Of a DNA stretch of 13,373 nucleotides, positions 12,498 to 13,373 are shown one piece after another. A model generated the notes under the pieces. The model did not search any database, was not told the origin of the DNA, and was given only the letters and a program-made list of their open reading frames with translations. Every line of letters begins with the position of its first letter. The first letter of the stretch is position 1. This DNA comes from an uncultured archaeon (GTDB lineage: Archaea; Iainarchaeota; Iainarchaeia; Iainarchaeales; 0-14-0-20-30-16), in contig CAYZSS010000023.1 of the NCBI GenBank assembly GCA_964480435.1, forward strand, positions 1 to 13,373, in the 5' to 3' direction. The position numbers were made by a program, and so were the translations under genes.

Positions 12498-13127
12498 CTA
12501 AAGCTTTAACACTTTTATTGCTTTTTTATATACTGTTTCCATATCCTCTTCTGCGCTAAGCCTCAAAATTTTCTTTGATGGATAATATTTTAGAACAGGC
12601 TCGGACTTACTTTTGTATTCTCTAAGCCTACTCAAGATCGCCTCAGGTTTATCATCTTCTCTTTGGAACAGTTTTGTCCCATCCTTATCACAAATGCCAG
12701 CTACCTTAGGAGGAATATTTACTTCATGATATATTGCTCCACATTTAGGGCAAGTCCATCTCTTACTTAATCTATCAACCAAAGTTTTCTCGGTTGCTTC
12801 AAAAGAAAGCAGATAGTCAAAATCCAAGAATTCATCACTTGCTTTTGCCTGGTCCAAAGTTCTGGGAAAACCATCCAAAATCAAGTTTTTGTGTTTGTAA
12901 TCTATTCTATTCAAATAGTTTTTAAGTATTGGAATTATCATTTGTTCTGGAGCAAATTTACCAGACTTCATTATTTTATCTAATTCTTTTCCTAATTCTG
13001 AGCCAGATGCTACTTCTTCTCTACAAATATCCCCCATACTTACATGGGTAAATCCATTTCTCTGCACAAACATTTTTGCATAAGTTCCTTTTCCAACACC
13101 AGATGGTCCAAAAAATAACAACAACAT
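12498..13127 (-). CDS. adk: adenylate kinase, long form with a Cys4-type zinc lid
   Basis: P-loop GPSGVGKGT, DGFPRT, lid CPKCG...CDKDG, RxDD (REDD). The track start at 13139 is TTG. The ATG at 13127 has GGGTG (13137..13133) and a 5-nt spacer, and lies 20 nt after the ndk stop. Confidence 0.92.
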   Translation of the reverse strand: MLLLFFGPSGVGKGTYAKMFVQRNGFTHVSMGDICREEVASGSELGKELDKIMKSGKFAPEQMIIPILKNYLNRIDYKHKNLILDGFPRTLDQAKASDEFLDFDYLLSFEATEKTLVDRLSKRWTCPKCGAIYHEVNIPPKVAGICDKDGTKLFQREDDKPEAILSRLREYKSKSEPVLKYYPSKKILRLSAEEDMETVYKKAIKVLKL

Positions 13128-13147
13128 ATCAGCACCCAACCCAAAAA

Positions 13148-13373
13148 TTATATTTTTCCTTTTCTATAATGTAAAGCAGTATCTACTCTATCATAATCGT
13201 GTATTTCCTCAGGTTTAAACCAAATTTTTATTTCTTTTTCTGCCTCTTCAGCGGTGCCACTTGCATGTACAACAGTCAAGATAGGCCTATCCAAAACATT
13301 TGCAAGGCCATAAGTATCATGTGAATAATCTCCTCTTATTGTACCTGGCATTGCCTCTTCAATATTAGTAGGT
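13148..13373 (-). CDS. ndk: nucleoside diphosphate kinase, C-terminal part; the 5' end lies beyond the window
   Basis: The frame stays open upstream of the track's Met: ..PTNIEEAMPGTIRGDYS matches the NDK ATNP..A.PGTIRGD motif. The catalytic His context VVHASG..AEKEIKIWF matches the archaeal NVIHASDS..AEREI..FF pattern. There is an insertion of about 8 aa between GTIRGD and the His. Confidence 0.85.
   Translation of the reverse strand, partial: PTNIEEAMPGTIRGDYSHDTYGLANVLDRPILTVVHASGTAEEAEKEIKIWFKPEEIHDYDRVDTALHYRKGKI

Noticed and set aside
13148-13351. Track start (Met at 13351) for the NDK fragment
   Set aside because: The frame stays open to the window edge, and the upstream residues (PTNIEEA) continue the conserved NDK motif. 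The gene is cut by the window and does not start at this Met.

Overview
This is an AT-rich, very gene-dense window with intergenic gaps from 0 to about 250 nt, plus one 530-nt noncoding island. Most of the content is housekeeping: archaeal-type prolyl-tRNA synthetase, valyl-tRNA synthetase, a DEAD-box helicase, dCMP deaminase, adenylate kinase, a nucleoside diphosphate kinase cut by the window edge, tRNA-Cys(GCA) and tRNA-Pro(UGG). There is also a hexapeptide acetyltransferase, a self-inhibited (class II) Fic protein, and a tight minus-strand cluster of poorly characterised enzymes: SAM methyltransferase, HD hydrolase, APH/choline-kinase-like kinase, a Lys-rich small ORF and DUF192. The aaRS types, the tRNA D-loops, TATA-like boxes about 25 nt upstream of several ATGs and GGAGGTGAT-type Shine-Dalgarno sites suggest a small-genome, DPANN-like archaeon; this is inference only. 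I found no CRISPR array, transposase, integrase or recognisable defence or toxin-antitoxin locus, and I cannot name a complete novel system from the sequence alone. The items most worth a second look are: (1) a P-loop kinase fragment carrying all the initiation signals, separated from the dCMP deaminase ORF by a 1-nt frame offset at an A8/T8 homopolymer, apparently with an internal deletion of the kinase domain; (2) a relatively G+C-rich, hairpin-dense noncoding island upstream of valS with a 24-nt direct repeat, a candidate unclassified ncRNA or leader; (3) a triple operator-like repeat GGTGACTACA wrapped around the putative Fic promoter; (4) an array of GTAATTAC and GTTAAC palindromes upstream of an orphan 84-aa gene; (5) a 46-aa hyperacidic ORF with a good SD that is missing from the ORF track. 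Several starts in the supplied track are TTG or GTG; I moved them to downstream ATGs that have an SD at a consistent spacing.
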